This document shows positions 27,947 through 38,653 of a DNA stretch of 64,000 bases, piece after piece. The notes under the pieces were generated by a model. The model did no database searches, was not told the origin of the DNA, and was given only the letters and a program-made list of their open reading frames with translations. Source of the stretch: Reclinomonas americana ATCC 50394 (Eukaryota). Position numbers and translations under genes: made by a program. The first letter of the stretch is position 1. Each line of letters opens with the position of its first letter. The DNA is taken from contig PS015009.1 in the NCBI GenBank assembly GCA_048213135.1, positions 992,001 to 1,056,000 of the forward strand. Reading direction: 5' to 3'.

Positions 27947-30091
27947 ATGTTAATGACTGTAAAAAAATCAGCCGCCTGTATGCTGTTGGCGGCGCTGTCA
28001 TTGTCGGCCTCCGCACAAAAAAAGGAGCTGACAGACGACCAGTATTTCAAAGGCAACCTGAAGGGCATCGTTACCCCCCTGCCTTCCGTGGGCATGTGGA
28101 CCGATCCCACCCATGTCATCGTTACCCGCGACGGAAAAAAATTCCTGCTGGATGCCAAAACCGGTACCGAAGCCGATTACGTACAGGAAGCTGTAAATAA
28201 AGGCAGCGTTTCCACCAAACCCGAGATCACGACAAAGAACAATGATCTTTACGTTCGCCTGAATGTAGGTGATGTACAGCTCACCAACGACAAGGACAAA
28301 GAAGTGAACCCTACCCTCAGCCCCGACGGCAAGTATGTGGCGTACACCAAAAACAACAACCTGTATGCTGTTAACATCGAAACCAAAAAAGAAACCCAGC
28401 TCACCAGCGATGGCAGCGAAGTGATCCTGAACGGTTACTCCAGCTGGGTTTATATGGAAGAGATACTGGGTAGGGCTACCCAATACAAAGCTTTCTGGTG
28501 GAGCCCCGACAGTAAGCACATCGCTTATTTCCGTTCCGACGATACCAATGTTCCGGTATTCACCATCACCGACGGAACCGGCCTGCACGGCCTGGTAGAG
28601 AAAGAGCGTTATCCTAAAGTAGGCGATCCCAATCCTGAAGTGAAAGTAGGTATTGTATCTCCCGATGGTGGTAATACCGTTTGGGCCGACTTCAATGCCA
28701 AAGACGATCAGTATTTTGGTATGCCTTACTGGAAACCCAATGGCGAACTGCTGGTACAATGGATGAACCGCCTGCAGGACCAGCTGATCATTTACCAGGT
28801 GAACATCAACGACGGCAGCAAAAAAGAATTTTACAATGAGAAACAAAAAACCTGGATAGACCTGGACGATAATGACAGGATCAGTTTCCTGGAGAATGGC
28901 AAAGGCTTCCTGCTGATGAGCGACGCTACCGGCTGGAAACACATTTACTACTACGACATCAATGGCAAACTGATCAACGCCGTTACTTCCGGTAAATACA
29001 CCGTTACCGACGTTAACTATGTTGATGAAAAGAACAGCGTGGTATACTTCACCGCCCGCAGCCGTGAAAACTCCGCCACACGTGACCTGTATCGTGCAGA
29101 CCTGAGCGGCAAAAACCTGCTGCGCCTCACTTTTGGCAACTTCACACACAATGTAAGGCTGTCGCCCGATGCGCAGTACTTCATCACTACCTACAGCAAT
29201 TCCACCACACCCGCTAAAATGGCGCTGGTGAACAATAAAGGCAAACTTATTAAAGACCTGGGCGATTCCAAAGGACCGGATTTTGACAGTTATAACCTGG
29301 CCAAAACAGAACTCATCCGCGTAAAAAGCGACGACGGCCTGTACGAACTGCCCATGAAGGTGACCTGGCCACTGAACATGGAGCCCGGTAAAAAATATCC
29401 TGTGCTGATCTCTGTTTATGGAGGTCCCAATGCCGGCACGGTAAATGACAACTTCCAGCTGAGCGGCAACCAGCAATGGTACGCGAAAGAAGGCCTCATA
29501 CAGGTGTCTATGGACCACAGGGCCAGCGGGCACTTTGGTAAGGAAGGCGTAAACTATATGTACCACAACCTGGGCTACTGGGAAATGAAAGATTATTCTA
29601 CCATGGTAAAATACCTCATTGCTAACGGCAGCGCCGACCCGAAAAGAGTGTGCATTACCGGCTTCAGCTATGGCGGTTATATGTCGTGCTACGCCCTCAC
29701 CTACGGCAGCGATGTATTTACGTATGGCATGGCTGGTGGCAGTGTAACCGACTGGACCCTGTACGACAGTCATTATACCGAACGCTTCATGGGCACACCT
29801 GCCAACAATCCTGAAGGTTATAAAACCAGTTCTGTACTGAGTCATATCGACAAATACAAAGGCGGTCTGCAGATCGTTCACGGTGTTATCGACGACAACG
29901 TGCATATGCAAAACAGCCTGCAACTCATCAGCAAACTGGAAGACGCCAAAAAAGATTTCGAATTTATGATCTATCCCGGCGGAAGGCACGGATGGGGCGG
30001 CAACAAAGGCCTGCACTTCCAGAACCTCAAAACACAATTCATCTACAAATACCTGCTGGAAAAACCGGTAGATAAGAAGATGATCAAATAA
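27947..30091 (+). CDS. Dipeptidyl peptidase IV (S9B)
   Basis: WVYMEEI, WWSPD, YPKVG, GFSYGG (catalytic Ser), DDNVH, RHG. Confidence 0.93.
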   Translation: MLMTVKKSAACMLLAALSLSASAQKKELTDDQYFKGNLKGIVTPLPSVGMWTDPTHVIVTRDGKKFLLDAKTGTEADYVQEAVNKGSVSTKPEITTKNNDLYVRLNVGDVQLTNDKDKEVNPTLSPDGKYVAYTKNNNLYAVNIETKKETQLTSDGSEVILNGYSSWVYMEEILGRATQYKAFWWSPDSKHIAYFRSDDTNVPVFTITDGTGLHGLVEKERYPKVGDPNPEVKVGIVSPDGGNTVWADFNAKDDQYFGMPYWKPNGELLVQWMNRLQDQLIIYQVNINDGSKKEFYNEKQKTWIDLDDNDRISFLENGKGFLLMSDATGWKHIYYYDINGKLINAVTSGKYTVTDVNYVDEKNSVVYFTARSRENSATRDLYRADLSGKNLLRLTFGNFTHNVRLSPDAQYFITTYSNSTTPAKMALVNNKGKLIKDLGDSKGPDFDSYNLAKTELIRVKSDDGLYELPMKVTWPLNMEPGKKYPVLISVYGGPNAGTVNDNFQLSGNQQWYAKEGLIQVSMDHRASGHFGKEGVNYMYHNLGYWEMKDYSTMVKYLIANGSADPKRVCITGFSYGGYMSCYALTYGSDVFTYGMAGGSVTDWTLYDSHYTERFMGTPANNPEGYKTSSVLSHIDKYKGGLQIVHGVIDDNVHMQNSLQLISKLEDAKKDFEFMIYPGGRHGWGGNKGLHFQNLKTQFIYKYLLEKPVDKKMIK

Positions 30092-30109
30092 ACATTAACC
30101 CTCCCCAAT

Positions 30110-30146
30110 AAAAAATCCCCGCATCTACCAGGCGGGGATTTTTTTT
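30110..30146. terminator. Bidirectional terminator
   Basis: aaaaaatccccgc...gcggggattttt between convergent genes. Confidence 0.8.
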
Positions 30147-30258
30147 AGTGTACGGATCGTTACCGGTCAGGTTGCACAACACCCATATTTTTTTCTGCCG
30201 GTAACATACCTGCGCCCCGCCCGGACTTCTCCTGTGAAACCTTCCGGGACTGCAGGTA

Positions 30259-32754
30259 TTACTTTTTCCGCTTCAGTTTATTTCTTGCCGTGAGGTAGTC
30301 GATGAAGTAAATTACCCTTACCGATAAGCTGTTATATTGATCGCCGTCAATCGTTTTGCTCAGGTTCTTCATATAGTTCTTTTGAAAGCTCCTGTCAAAT
30401 GATTCGCCTATGTCCTTCCACACAACGCTGAAGAAACTACCCTGCGCAAACTGCCAGTTGTACACCATATCCACGCTGAAGAAATTGTAGTTCTGTTTTA
30501 CATTTTGCGTGAAAGCGCCATCAGGCAGTGCTACGAGGCCTCCGTTGTAATCCAGTTCATAAAATTGTTTAGGATCTACCTTACTCCAGTAGTGCCTTGC
30601 TCGCAGGTTCAGCCCCATACGGTTGGTGAAGTTGTATTTTATATTCAGCACATTCTCTACATTCTTAACGCTCCTTCTTGAGAAAATGATCTGATCATCC
30701 AGCGGATCACTGGCATTGGGACCATAGAAAGTGTACGCCCAGCCCGGCTGATTTTTCACATCCATCATGTACAGGCTCAGGTCAACAGAGAACTTGCTGC
30801 TGAAGCGAGCTTTACCGGTCAGGTTGAGTTCGTAACTCTGGCGTTTAAATACACCACCGGTGCCGCCGAAGAGACTACCTGTCCAGGAATATTTTTTGGC
30901 AGAGTTGCTTTCGTACCAAACATTCAAACCATAGCTGCCACGATTGTGGAACACACGGCCATGCATCCTGGGTTCATAAAAATCATTGTAATCGGCATTC
31001 ACATTGATGCTAAAACCAAACCAGCGCAGTTTTTTCGTTTGTGCGCTGCCGTTAATGTTTCCGCCCAGGTTCTGGTACATCATTTTACTGCGGCGGAAAG
31101 GATCGATCGGTGACACCAGTCTTCCATACCAGCCGTTCATATTAATACGCATCTGGTTATGCCAGCCTTTTGGTTTCAGCCAGTTGTAACCCATCCAGAA
31201 ACCCTGGTCCATGCTGTTGTTATTGGTGAAATAACCCATGTCGCTTTTATCATACTTATCGTTGAACAGGTCCTGCCATACATTGAAACCAAAACGGCCG
31301 CTGGTCTTGCCTGCATAGATACTGTGCGCATAACCGGTAATGGTTTTTCCCTTGCCGGGCATGATATTGCTGAAGCTCACATTGCCGCCTATATTGTAGG
31401 TGTTCTTCTTATTATTAAGATCGAACAATGCAGAGGTAACATTCGCATCATAAGCCTCACCGCTGCGCCATACATTGGTATTGACAAGCGATATACTGCT
31501 GTTGTGCTTCAGCGTTTGGTCCAGCACAAATACATTGTAATTGGTCAGTGGCATATTTTCCACCTTGCGCACTTCGCCTGTTACCACATCCTGCACAGTG
31601 GCATTCTGCTTTTGCGTTATCGCGTTCAGCACACCAACACCCAGGCCCTTCTGTGTACGGCCACTCACTTTAGTGGCGTTGATCACTTTGGCCTGCGAAG
31701 GATATTCGGTAATCGAATCGTTGGCATTCAGGTTGACACTGCTGTATACCGGCTCAACACCAATACGGCGGCTGTAAAACAGATTACCCTTATTGAACAG
31801 CTCGGTACCCTCAGTAAAGAAAGCCCGGTTTTCGTTGAACTTCACGTCAAAAGGCCCCAGGTTCAGTACACGGTTATCGGTTTGTACCTGGCCAAAATCG
31901 GGGATCAGCGTCATATCGAGCGTGAAAGCCTGGTTGATGCCGTATTTCACGTCCATACCACCATTCACCGTTATCTTGGATTTATCGGTGCCGGCGGGAG
32001 CGGTGCCGTCGTTAGTATAGTAAGTTGACAAATAAGGAGAGAATTGTAAACGCAGCGGCGGTTTAATATCCTGCAGGCCGGTGAGGAAGCCTTCCTGTGT
32101 AAGGAAACCGTTCACGTTAGGATCGATGGCCTGCCAGAACATCTGCTGACCGCTTTTTTGCCTTCGGCGGACGATGTTCAGGCCCCAGTCCTGTACTTTT
32201 TTACTGCCGAAACGGATGGCGGAATATGGGATGAACATCTCAAAACTCCAGCCGTCCGACTGAATTTTGGAAGCACTTTTCCATACCGCGTTCCAGGAGA
32301 AATCTTCCCCGTTGCTGGGCGACTGTTTGGCGTCCATCTGTTCACCCAGCGGTGTTACAAAATATTCGAAACCGTTGAGCTTGTCAACATAGGTGTCGAA
32401 AATAACACCAATAAAGTCGTTGTTACCGAAACCGTCGCGGCCGATCAGTTCGGAAGCAATACTGTCTTTGTTGTTTTCGTGTAAATACCCGCCAACATAA
32501 ACACCTTCGTTGTCGTACAGGAAGTAGACCTGGCTGTAGTTAGAGGGATTTTCGGGTCTGAAAGGAACGGGGCGTAATTCAATGAATTTGTCGGCAACGG
32601 GCGCTGTGGCCCAAACACTTTCTTTTAATTCCCCATCGATCGTAATGTTGGCAGTCGTTCGCTGGATGGCCAGTTTTCGTTTTTCAGCCTGGCCTAAGCT
32701 GGTGAGTGTCAGGATAGTACACAAGCATACTAATCCTGTTTTAATGAGGTTCAT
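30259..32754 (-). CDS. CBM9-like/DUF5916 outer-membrane protein
   Basis: IDGELKESVW (CBM9-like); PDFGQV..D, ENRAFFTEG, FYSRRIG (DUF5916). Confidence 0.88.
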   Translation of the reverse strand: MNLIKTGLVCLCTILTLTSLGQAEKRKLAIQRTTANITIDGELKESVWATAPVADKFIELRPVPFRPENPSNYSQVYFLYDNEGVYVGGYLHENNKDSIASELIGRDGFGNNDFIGVIFDTYVDKLNGFEYFVTPLGEQMDAKQSPSNGEDFSWNAVWKSASKIQSDGWSFEMFIPYSAIRFGSKKVQDWGLNIVRRRQKSGQQMFWQAIDPNVNGFLTQEGFLTGLQDIKPPLRLQFSPYLSTYYTNDGTAPAGTDKSKITVNGGMDVKYGINQAFTLDMTLIPDFGQVQTDNRVLNLGPFDVKFNENRAFFTEGTELFNKGNLFYSRRIGVEPVYSSVNLNANDSITEYPSQAKVINATKVSGRTQKGLGVGVLNAITQKQNATVQDVVTGEVRKVENMPLTNYNVFVLDQTLKHNSSISLVNTNVWRSGEAYDANVTSALFDLNNKKNTYNIGGNVSFSNIMPGKGKTITGYAHSIYAGKTSGRFGFNVWQDLFNDKYDKSDMGYFTNNNSMDQGFWMGYNWLKPKGWHNQMRINMNGWYGRLVSPIDPFRRSKMMYQNLGGNINGSAQTKKLRWFGFSINVNADYNDFYEPRMHGRVFHNRGSYGLNVWYESNSAKKYSWTGSLFGGTGGVFKRQSYELNLTGKARFSSKFSVDLSLYMMDVKNQPGWAYTFYGPNASDPLDDQIIFSRRSVKNVENVLNIKYNFTNRMGLNLRARHYWSKVDPKQFYELDYNGGLVALPDGAFTQNVKQNYNFFSVDMVYNWQFAQGSFFSVVWKDIGESFDRSFQKNYMKNLSKTIDGDQYNSLSVRVIYFIDYLTARNKLKRKK

Positions 32755-32889
32755 GGCTATACTTTTGGTTTGGTAGTTAGATCGAGTCCGTGGCGGGACA
32801 TCTCTAATACGAAATTAAACGTACACCATGTCAGAAAAGTTACCACTCATCACAGAAAAAACCTTTTAGGCTTTTATTAACAAGCAGCG

Positions 32890-33708
32890 TTAAACAAAAA
32901 GATCGTTGTATAACTGTGCGCCCGGCACTACAGAATACTTACCCAGGTCTGTAATGCCTTCCGCTGCCAGTACAGCTTCATCTATAAAACTGTTGCCCGT
33001 GCATTGCGACGAAGGTTTGGATAAAATATAATAAGCCGCGTCGGCGAGTATATCTGTAGTGCGGCTCATGTTCATCAGCATATCGCCGCCCAGCAGGTTT
33101 TGTACCGCTGCCGTGGCAATGGTGGTTTGCGGCCACAGGCTGTTGGCTGCAATGTGGTATTGCTTCAGTTCGGCTGCCAGTCCCAGCGCAATCATGGTCA
33201 TATTGTATTTGCTGATGGTATAAGCCAGGTGGTTGGCGAACCATTTCATATCCATATTCACCGGGGGAGAAAGATTGAGTATATGCGGGTTGGAGCCTTT
33301 TTTCAGGTGCGGGATACAGGCCCTGCTTACCATAAAAGTGCCGCGTACATTGATGTCGTACATCAGGTCGTAGCGTTTGGGCTCGGTTTTTTCCGTTGGC
33401 GTTAAACTGATGGCCGAGGCATTGTTCACCAGTATATCGATGCCACCAAAACGGGCCACCGCCTGGTCTACCACGTTCTGCACCTGGTCCTCAAAACGAA
33501 TGTCGCACTGCACTGCGAGCGCTTTACCCCCTGCTTTTTCCATCTCCTCAGCGGCGGAAAAAATGGTGCCGCCCAGCTTGGGATTCTCTTCCACGCTTTT
33601 GGAAGCGATCACGATATTGGCGCCTTCAGCAGCCAGTTTCAGCCCGATGGCCTTACCAATGCCCCTGCTGGCGCCGGTAATAAGGACGGTTTTATTTTGA
33701 AATGACAT
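32890..33708 (-). CDS. SDR oxidoreductase (HSDL2-like)
   Basis: TGASRGIG, NNASAI, YTISK, NSLWP. Confidence 0.9.
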   Translation of the reverse strand: MSFQNKTVLITGASRGIGKAIGLKLAAEGANIVIASKSVEENPKLGGTIFSAAEEMEKAGGKALAVQCDIRFEDQVQNVVDQAVARFGGIDILVNNASAISLTPTEKTEPKRYDLMYDINVRGTFMVSRACIPHLKKGSNPHILNLSPPVNMDMKWFANHLAYTISKYNMTMIALGLAAELKQYHIAANSLWPQTTIATAAVQNLLGGDMLMNMSRTTDILADAAYYILSKPSSQCTGNSFIDEAVLAAEGITDLGKYSVVPGAQLYNDLFV

Positions 33709-33800
33709 AGCCCGGTTTTTTTCCAAATCTAATATAAAACGTTCATCCGGAAAGCATTAATACGTTTTGGGAACGTTTTGCAGTGCCGTAACAAAAAAAT

Positions 33801-33845
33801 AATTAAACAAATGTTTGATTAATATTAAACAAGCGTTTAACTTTG
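33801..33845 (+). promoter_or_regulatory. Tandem TetR-type operators overlapping the -7 promoter box
   Basis: aattaaaca-aa-tgtttgatt (33801-33820) and ttaaac-aagc-gtttaa (33825-33840); TAACTTTG at 33838-33845. Confidence 0.7.
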
Positions 33846-33865
33846 CAACTTCAAATAAACAAAAA

Positions 33866-34495
33866 ATGGAATTTAACGAGAAGCAGCTCCAAATACTCGA
33901 CAACGCCGAAAGGCTGTTTGCCGACAAGGGGTACGATGGCACTTCGGTACGCGATATCGCCGACGAAGCGGGCGTGAACGTGGCGATGATCTCCTATTAC
34001 TTCGGTTCGAAGGAAAAACTGCTGGAAGCATTGTTCAACCACCGCTCGGCAGGCGCTTCCTCCAAGGTAAAGGCCATCATGGAAAATACGGAAATGGGTC
34101 CGATGGAAAAAGTGGAAGCTATGATCGATTATTATATCGACAAGTTCCAGAACGAGAACTGTTTTCACAAGATCATGATGCGGGAACAGGTCGCCATACA
34201 ACGCACCACTACCGCCTCACTAATCCTGGATTTTAAAAAACGCAACCAGGAACTGGTAAGCAAACTGATACAGGATGGACAGAAAGCCGGTGTTTTTGTA
34301 AAAAATATCGATGTGCCCATCAGCATGGCAACACTCATTGGCACAGTATCACATATGTTCACCACGCAGCACTTCTACCGTGAAGTGAATAACCTGCAAT
34401 CGCTGACGGATGAGCAGTTCCAGAAACACATCCGTAAGAAAATAAGTACACACATGAAATTCCTATTTAAAGCAATATTGACTCATGAAGCATAA
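33866..34495 (+). CDS. TetR/AcrR family regulator
   Basis: AERLFADKGYDGTSVRDIADEAGVNVAMISYYFGSKEKL. Confidence 0.93.
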   Translation: MEFNEKQLQILDNAERLFADKGYDGTSVRDIADEAGVNVAMISYYFGSKEKLLEALFNHRSAGASSKVKAIMENTEMGPMEKVEAMIDYYIDKFQNENCFHKIMMREQVAIQRTTTASLILDFKKRNQELVSKLIQDGQKAGVFVKNIDVPISMATLIGTVSHMFTTQHFYREVNNLQSLTDEQFQKHIRKKISTHMKFLFKAILTHEA

Positions 34496-35801
34496 ACTGA
34501 AACAGGCAGGACTGGCGATACTGATCGTCCTGCTGGGATTACAACCATTGAAAGCACAGGACAGCAAAACGCTGACCCTGAGTGAGGCTATCGATCTCAG
34601 TCTCATCAACAACAAACAACTGAAGATCAACAAGGCCAAAATACTGGAAGCCAGCAACGCGGTGAAGGAAGCCAACGAAAGACGTTTGCCCGAAGCCAGC
34701 GTAAGCGGATCTTATTTATACCTGCCGTTCAAACCCACCATTGACATGAAATCTGGCTCCTCCTCCGAAAGCGGTGGCCCCGATGTAAAACAGGTGGTAT
34801 ACGGAATGGCCAGCGTATCGGTACCGCTGTACACAGGTGGCAAACTGAAATACGGCATTGAATCGGCCAAATACCTGGAGCAGGCCACCAAGCTGGATGC
34901 CGACCAGGACCAGGAAGCCATCATCATGAACGTAACCAGCACCTGCATCAACCTGTACAAGGCCTACACCGCCATCGGGTTGGTAAAAGAGAACCTGGCC
35001 ACATCACAGCAAAGGGTAAAGGACTTTACCAGTATGGAAAAGAACGGTCTGCTCGCCAGGAACGACCTGCTGAAAGCCGAACTCCAATCCGCCAATGTGG
35101 AACTGACTTTGCTGGACGCGGAGAGCAATTACAAACTGGCTTGTGTAAATATGAACCTGATGATGGGCTTGCCGGAACAAACCATTCTTATCCCGGACAA
35201 AAGCGGTCTTGCTTTACCAACCAGTGTGAAAACACTTGACGAATATGAGCAGGACGCGTTGAAGAACCGTAAAGATATGGCCGCCCTTACATTCCGCCGC
35301 AAAGCCGCTACCGTAGGCATCAGCAACGCGAAAGCCGACTATTACCCCAGCATCGCTTTTACCGGCGGGTATGTGGCTGCCGACATTCCAAAATTCCTGA
35401 GCGTATACAACGCGGTGAATGTAGGCATTGGTGTTAAATACAATATTGCCTCGCTGTGGAAGAACAAGACCAAAGTGGAGCAGGCCAAACTGAAACTGAC
35501 CCAGGTACAGCACAGCGAAGAAATGCTGAATGAAAATGTACGCCTGCAGGTGAACCAGGCCTATGAAGCCTACCTGGTAAGCGATAAAAAAATACAGGTA
35601 TACGAAAAAGCGGTTGCACAGGCCACCGAAAATTACAGGATCACCAAAAACAAATACGATAATTCGCTCGCTACTACCACCGAACTGCTCGACGCGGATG
35701 TAGCGCTGCTGCAAACCAAACTAAGCGTAACCAACGCCAAGGCTGATGCCTTCCTGGCTTATAACAAAATTCTGCAGGTAACAGGCAGCATCAAACACTA
35801 A
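34485..35801 (+). CDS. TolC-family outer-membrane efflux protein
   Basis: LTLSEAIDLSL, two OEP repeats, KY..GL.T..ELLDA. Confidence 0.9.
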   Translation: MKHKLKQAGLAILIVLLGLQPLKAQDSKTLTLSEAIDLSLINNKQLKINKAKILEASNAVKEANERRLPEASVSGSYLYLPFKPTIDMKSGSSSESGGPDVKQVVYGMASVSVPLYTGGKLKYGIESAKYLEQATKLDADQDQEAIIMNVTSTCINLYKAYTAIGLVKENLATSQQRVKDFTSMEKNGLLARNDLLKAELQSANVELTLLDAESNYKLACVNMNLMMGLPEQTILIPDKSGLALPTSVKTLDEYEQDALKNRKDMAALTFRRKAATVGISNAKADYYPSIAFTGGYVAADIPKFLSVYNAVNVGIGVKYNIASLWKNKTKVEQAKLKLTQVQHSEEMLNENVRLQVNQAYEAYLVSDKKIQVYEKAVAQATENYRITKNKYDNSLATTTELLDADVALLQTKLSVTNAKADAFLAYNKILQVTGSIKH

Positions 35802-35829
35802 AACATCACTATCAAAACATAATTTTTTT

Positions 35830-36954
35830 ATGGAACAGAATCCGACAGAACAAAATAACAACGCAACACCGGCTGTGGAAGCACCTAAAAAACGCAGCAA
35901 GGTTTTCATCATCATACTCGCCGTACTGGTGATCGGCGGCTCCTGGTTCGGCATCAGCAAATACCTGCATGCACAGGCACACGAAGAAACTGACGATGCG
36001 CAGGTAGAAGCCAACATCAGCCCGGTAATACCCCGTGTGGGCGGCTATGTAAAATCAGTGAGGGTAAAAGATAACCAGGTAGTGAAGAAAGGTGATACTT
36101 TATTGATACTCGACGACCGCGACCTGTCGCTCCGCGTACAACAGGCTGAAGCGGCACTGGCCACAGCCCGCAGCAATTACGGCGCAGCAGAAGCCAGCAC
36201 CAACGCCAGCAGGGCCAACATTGCCAGCACCCGCGCCGGCATCTCTACCATTGATGCGCAGATTGAGACCGCCAAAGTGAATGTATGGAGAACAACACAG
36301 GATTATGAACGCTATTCCAATCTCATCAAAGATCACTCTATCACACAGCAGCAATACGAACAGGCCCTGGCCGCCAAACAAACGGCCGAGCGCCAGCTGC
36401 AGGTGCTGGAGCAGCAGAAGAACCAGGTAGCACAGCAAACCAATGCTGTAGCATCACAAAGCAACGCTACTTCCACACAGGTGGGTATTGCCGGTTCCGT
36501 GATCAAACAACGCGAAGTGGAAGTGGCCGAAGCCAAACTTAACTTATCCTACGCCGTAGTGGTAGCACAGGAAGACGGTATGATCTCCAAAGTGAATGTG
36601 CAGGAAGGACAGTTCCTGCAGGCGGGGCAGTCTGTTTTCAGCATCGTACTGAGCGACGACCTGTGGGTAGTAGCCAACTTCAAGGAAACACAGTTTGAAA
36701 AAATGAAGATTGGGCAGAAGGTAACGGTTCATGCCGACGCTTATCCCAATCATCCTTTTGAAGCTACACTTACCTCTTTCGCACCCGCTACAGGCAGCCG
36801 TTTTGCCCTGCTGCCGCCCGATAATGCCAGCGGCAACTTCGTAAAAGTGGTACAGCGACTGCCCGTGAAGATCGAATTCAACAACCCTGCCGACCCGCTC
36901 GTAAAACAACTGCGCCCGGGTATGAGCCTGATGGTGGATGTACATGTGAAGTAA
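35830..36954 (+). CDS. HlyD/EmrA membrane-fusion protein
   Basis: ETDDAQV, WVVANFKETQ, PATGSRFALLPPDNASGNFVKVVQRLPVKI. Confidence 0.93.
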   Translation: MEQNPTEQNNNATPAVEAPKKRSKVFIIILAVLVIGGSWFGISKYLHAQAHEETDDAQVEANISPVIPRVGGYVKSVRVKDNQVVKKGDTLLILDDRDLSLRVQQAEAALATARSNYGAAEASTNASRANIASTRAGISTIDAQIETAKVNVWRTTQDYERYSNLIKDHSITQQQYEQALAAKQTAERQLQVLEQQKNQVAQQTNAVASQSNATSTQVGIAGSVIKQREVEVAEAKLNLSYAVVVAQEDGMISKVNVQEGQFLQAGQSVFSIVLSDDLWVVANFKETQFEKMKIGQKVTVHADAYPNHPFEATLTSFAPATGSRFALLPPDNASGNFVKVVQRLPVKIEFNNPADPLVKQLRPGMSLMVDVHVK

Positions 36955-36979
36955 TACGGCAACAAACGAAAACTGATTT

Positions 36980-38560
36980 ATGCAACAAATGGAATCTTTA
37001 GTAGAGTACGGCTCAAGGCGGGTGATCATTACCATCACCGCCATCTTTTGCGCCCTGCTCGAGATCGTGGATACCACTATCGTGAACGTAGCGCTCGAAC
37101 ACATGCGGGGCACGCTGGGCGCCACACTCACGGAAGTAGCCTGGGTGATCACGGCCTATGCCATCGGTAACGTGATCATTGTACCCATGACCAGCTGGCT
37201 CTCCCAGCAATTCGGGCGCCGCAATTATTTCGCGGCCTCCATCATCATGTTCACCATCTGTTCCTTCCTGTGCGGTAATTCCACCAACATCTGGGAGCTG
37301 GTGATCTTCCGTTTCCTGCAGGGACTTGGTGGCGGCGCCTTGCTGGTAACCTCTCAAACCATCATCACCGAAAGTTACCCTGTTGAAAAACGCGGTATGG
37401 CGCAGGCCATCTACGGACTGGGTGTGATCATCGGCCCTACACTTGGACCTCCTTTAGGCGGTTACATCGTGGAAGCTTTCTCGTGGCCGTATATTTTTTA
37501 TATCAACATTCCCATTGGTATCATCGCTACCTTACTAACGCTGCAGTTTGTACGCAGTCCGAAGTACGGTGAAAAAAGCGCCGCCCGTGACATCGACTGG
37601 CTCGGCATCGGCTTATTGGCCATTACTGTGGGATCATTGCAATACGTACTGGAAAAAGGACAGGAAGACGACTGGTTCAACAGCAGCACCATTTTATGGC
37701 TGAGTATTACTTCATTCCTCGGATTGTACTTTTTCATCTGGCGGGAACTCACTTATAAAAACCCGGTGGTGGAATTGAGGGTATTGAAGAACGGTAACCT
37801 GCGGGTGGGTACCATCCTGTCTTTCATCATGGGCTTTGGCTTGTACGGGTCAACATTCATCATACCGTTATATACGCAGTCTATCCTGGGGTGGACGGCC
37901 TTCCAGGCGGGTATGCTGATGGTGCCAGCAGCGCTTACCACGGCATTCATGATGCCCATCATCGGTAACCTGTTACAGAAAGGTGTGCCGCAGCAGTACC
38001 TCGTTGCGGCGGGCATGGTACTATTCGCCATATTCACTTTCTGGGGATACGCGATACTGACACCCAGTACCAGCAGCGACAACTTTTTCTGGATGCTCAT
38101 TATAAGAGGTATGGGTATGGGTATGCTTTTCATTCCTATTACCACGCTTTCACTGTCTACTTTAAAAGGACAGCAGATTGGCCAGGGAGCGGCGTTTACG
38201 GGTATGATGCGGCAGTTGGGTGGTTCATTCGGTATCGCCCTCATTACCACTTTCCTGTCAAGGCAAATGGTGACACACGGTGCGGCACTGGCCAGCCACC
38301 TGGATGTAAATAATCCTTCTGTTATGCAGCGGGTACAGGGTATGCAGCAAAGTTTTATGGCGAAAGGAATGACATCAGGTGAAGCTCTCAAAAGCAGTTA
38401 TGCCGCTTTGCAGGGCGCAGTAGCCAAACAGGCCGCGGTGTTGTCTTACATGGATGTATTCCTGTACCTGGGATTGATGTTCCTGGTATGCGTACCTTTT
38501 GTACTCATTGTAAAAGGAAATAAAAAGAAGAAAGTGGACCTGGGCGAAGCGATGCATTAA
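36980..38560 (+). CDS. DHA2 (EmrB-like) MFS efflux permease
   Basis: VDTTIVNVAL, WVITAY, RFLQGLGGG, GPTLGPPLGG, WPYIFYINIPIG; about 14 TM. Confidence 0.93.
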   Translation: MQQMESLVEYGSRRVIITITAIFCALLEIVDTTIVNVALEHMRGTLGATLTEVAWVITAYAIGNVIIVPMTSWLSQQFGRRNYFAASIIMFTICSFLCGNSTNIWELVIFRFLQGLGGGALLVTSQTIITESYPVEKRGMAQAIYGLGVIIGPTLGPPLGGYIVEAFSWPYIFYINIPIGIIATLLTLQFVRSPKYGEKSAARDIDWLGIGLLAITVGSLQYVLEKGQEDDWFNSSTILWLSITSFLGLYFFIWRELTYKNPVVELRVLKNGNLRVGTILSFIMGFGLYGSTFIIPLYTQSILGWTAFQAGMLMVPAALTTAFMMPIIGNLLQKGVPQQYLVAAGMVLFAIFTFWGYAILTPSTSSDNFFWMLIIRGMGMGMLFIPITTLSLSTLKGQQIGQGAAFTGMMRQLGGSFGIALITTFLSRQMVTHGAALASHLDVNNPSVMQRVQGMQQSFMAKGMTSGEALKSSYAALQGAVAKQAAVLSYMDVFLYLGLMFLVCVPFVLIVKGNKKKKVDLGEAMH

Positions 38561-38587
38561 TTCGATAAGCAGGGAAAACCATATATA

Positions 38588-38644
38588 CAGGCCGGCCATT
38601 GAGAAGAACAATTTCGTTCTTATTCAATGGCCGGCTGCTTTTTT
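38588..38644. terminator. Long hairpin terminator between convergent genes
   Basis: gccggccattga...tcaatggccggc followed by a T-run. Confidence 0.7.
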
Positions 38645-38653
38645 ATATCAATA

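Noticed and set aside
27998-30037. 679-aa antisense ORF over the DPP-IV gene (likewise 22121..23008, 31159..32028, 41170..42387, 62287..63180)
   Set aside because: Shadow ORFs opposite well-supported genes, caused by codon bias; no recognisable motifs
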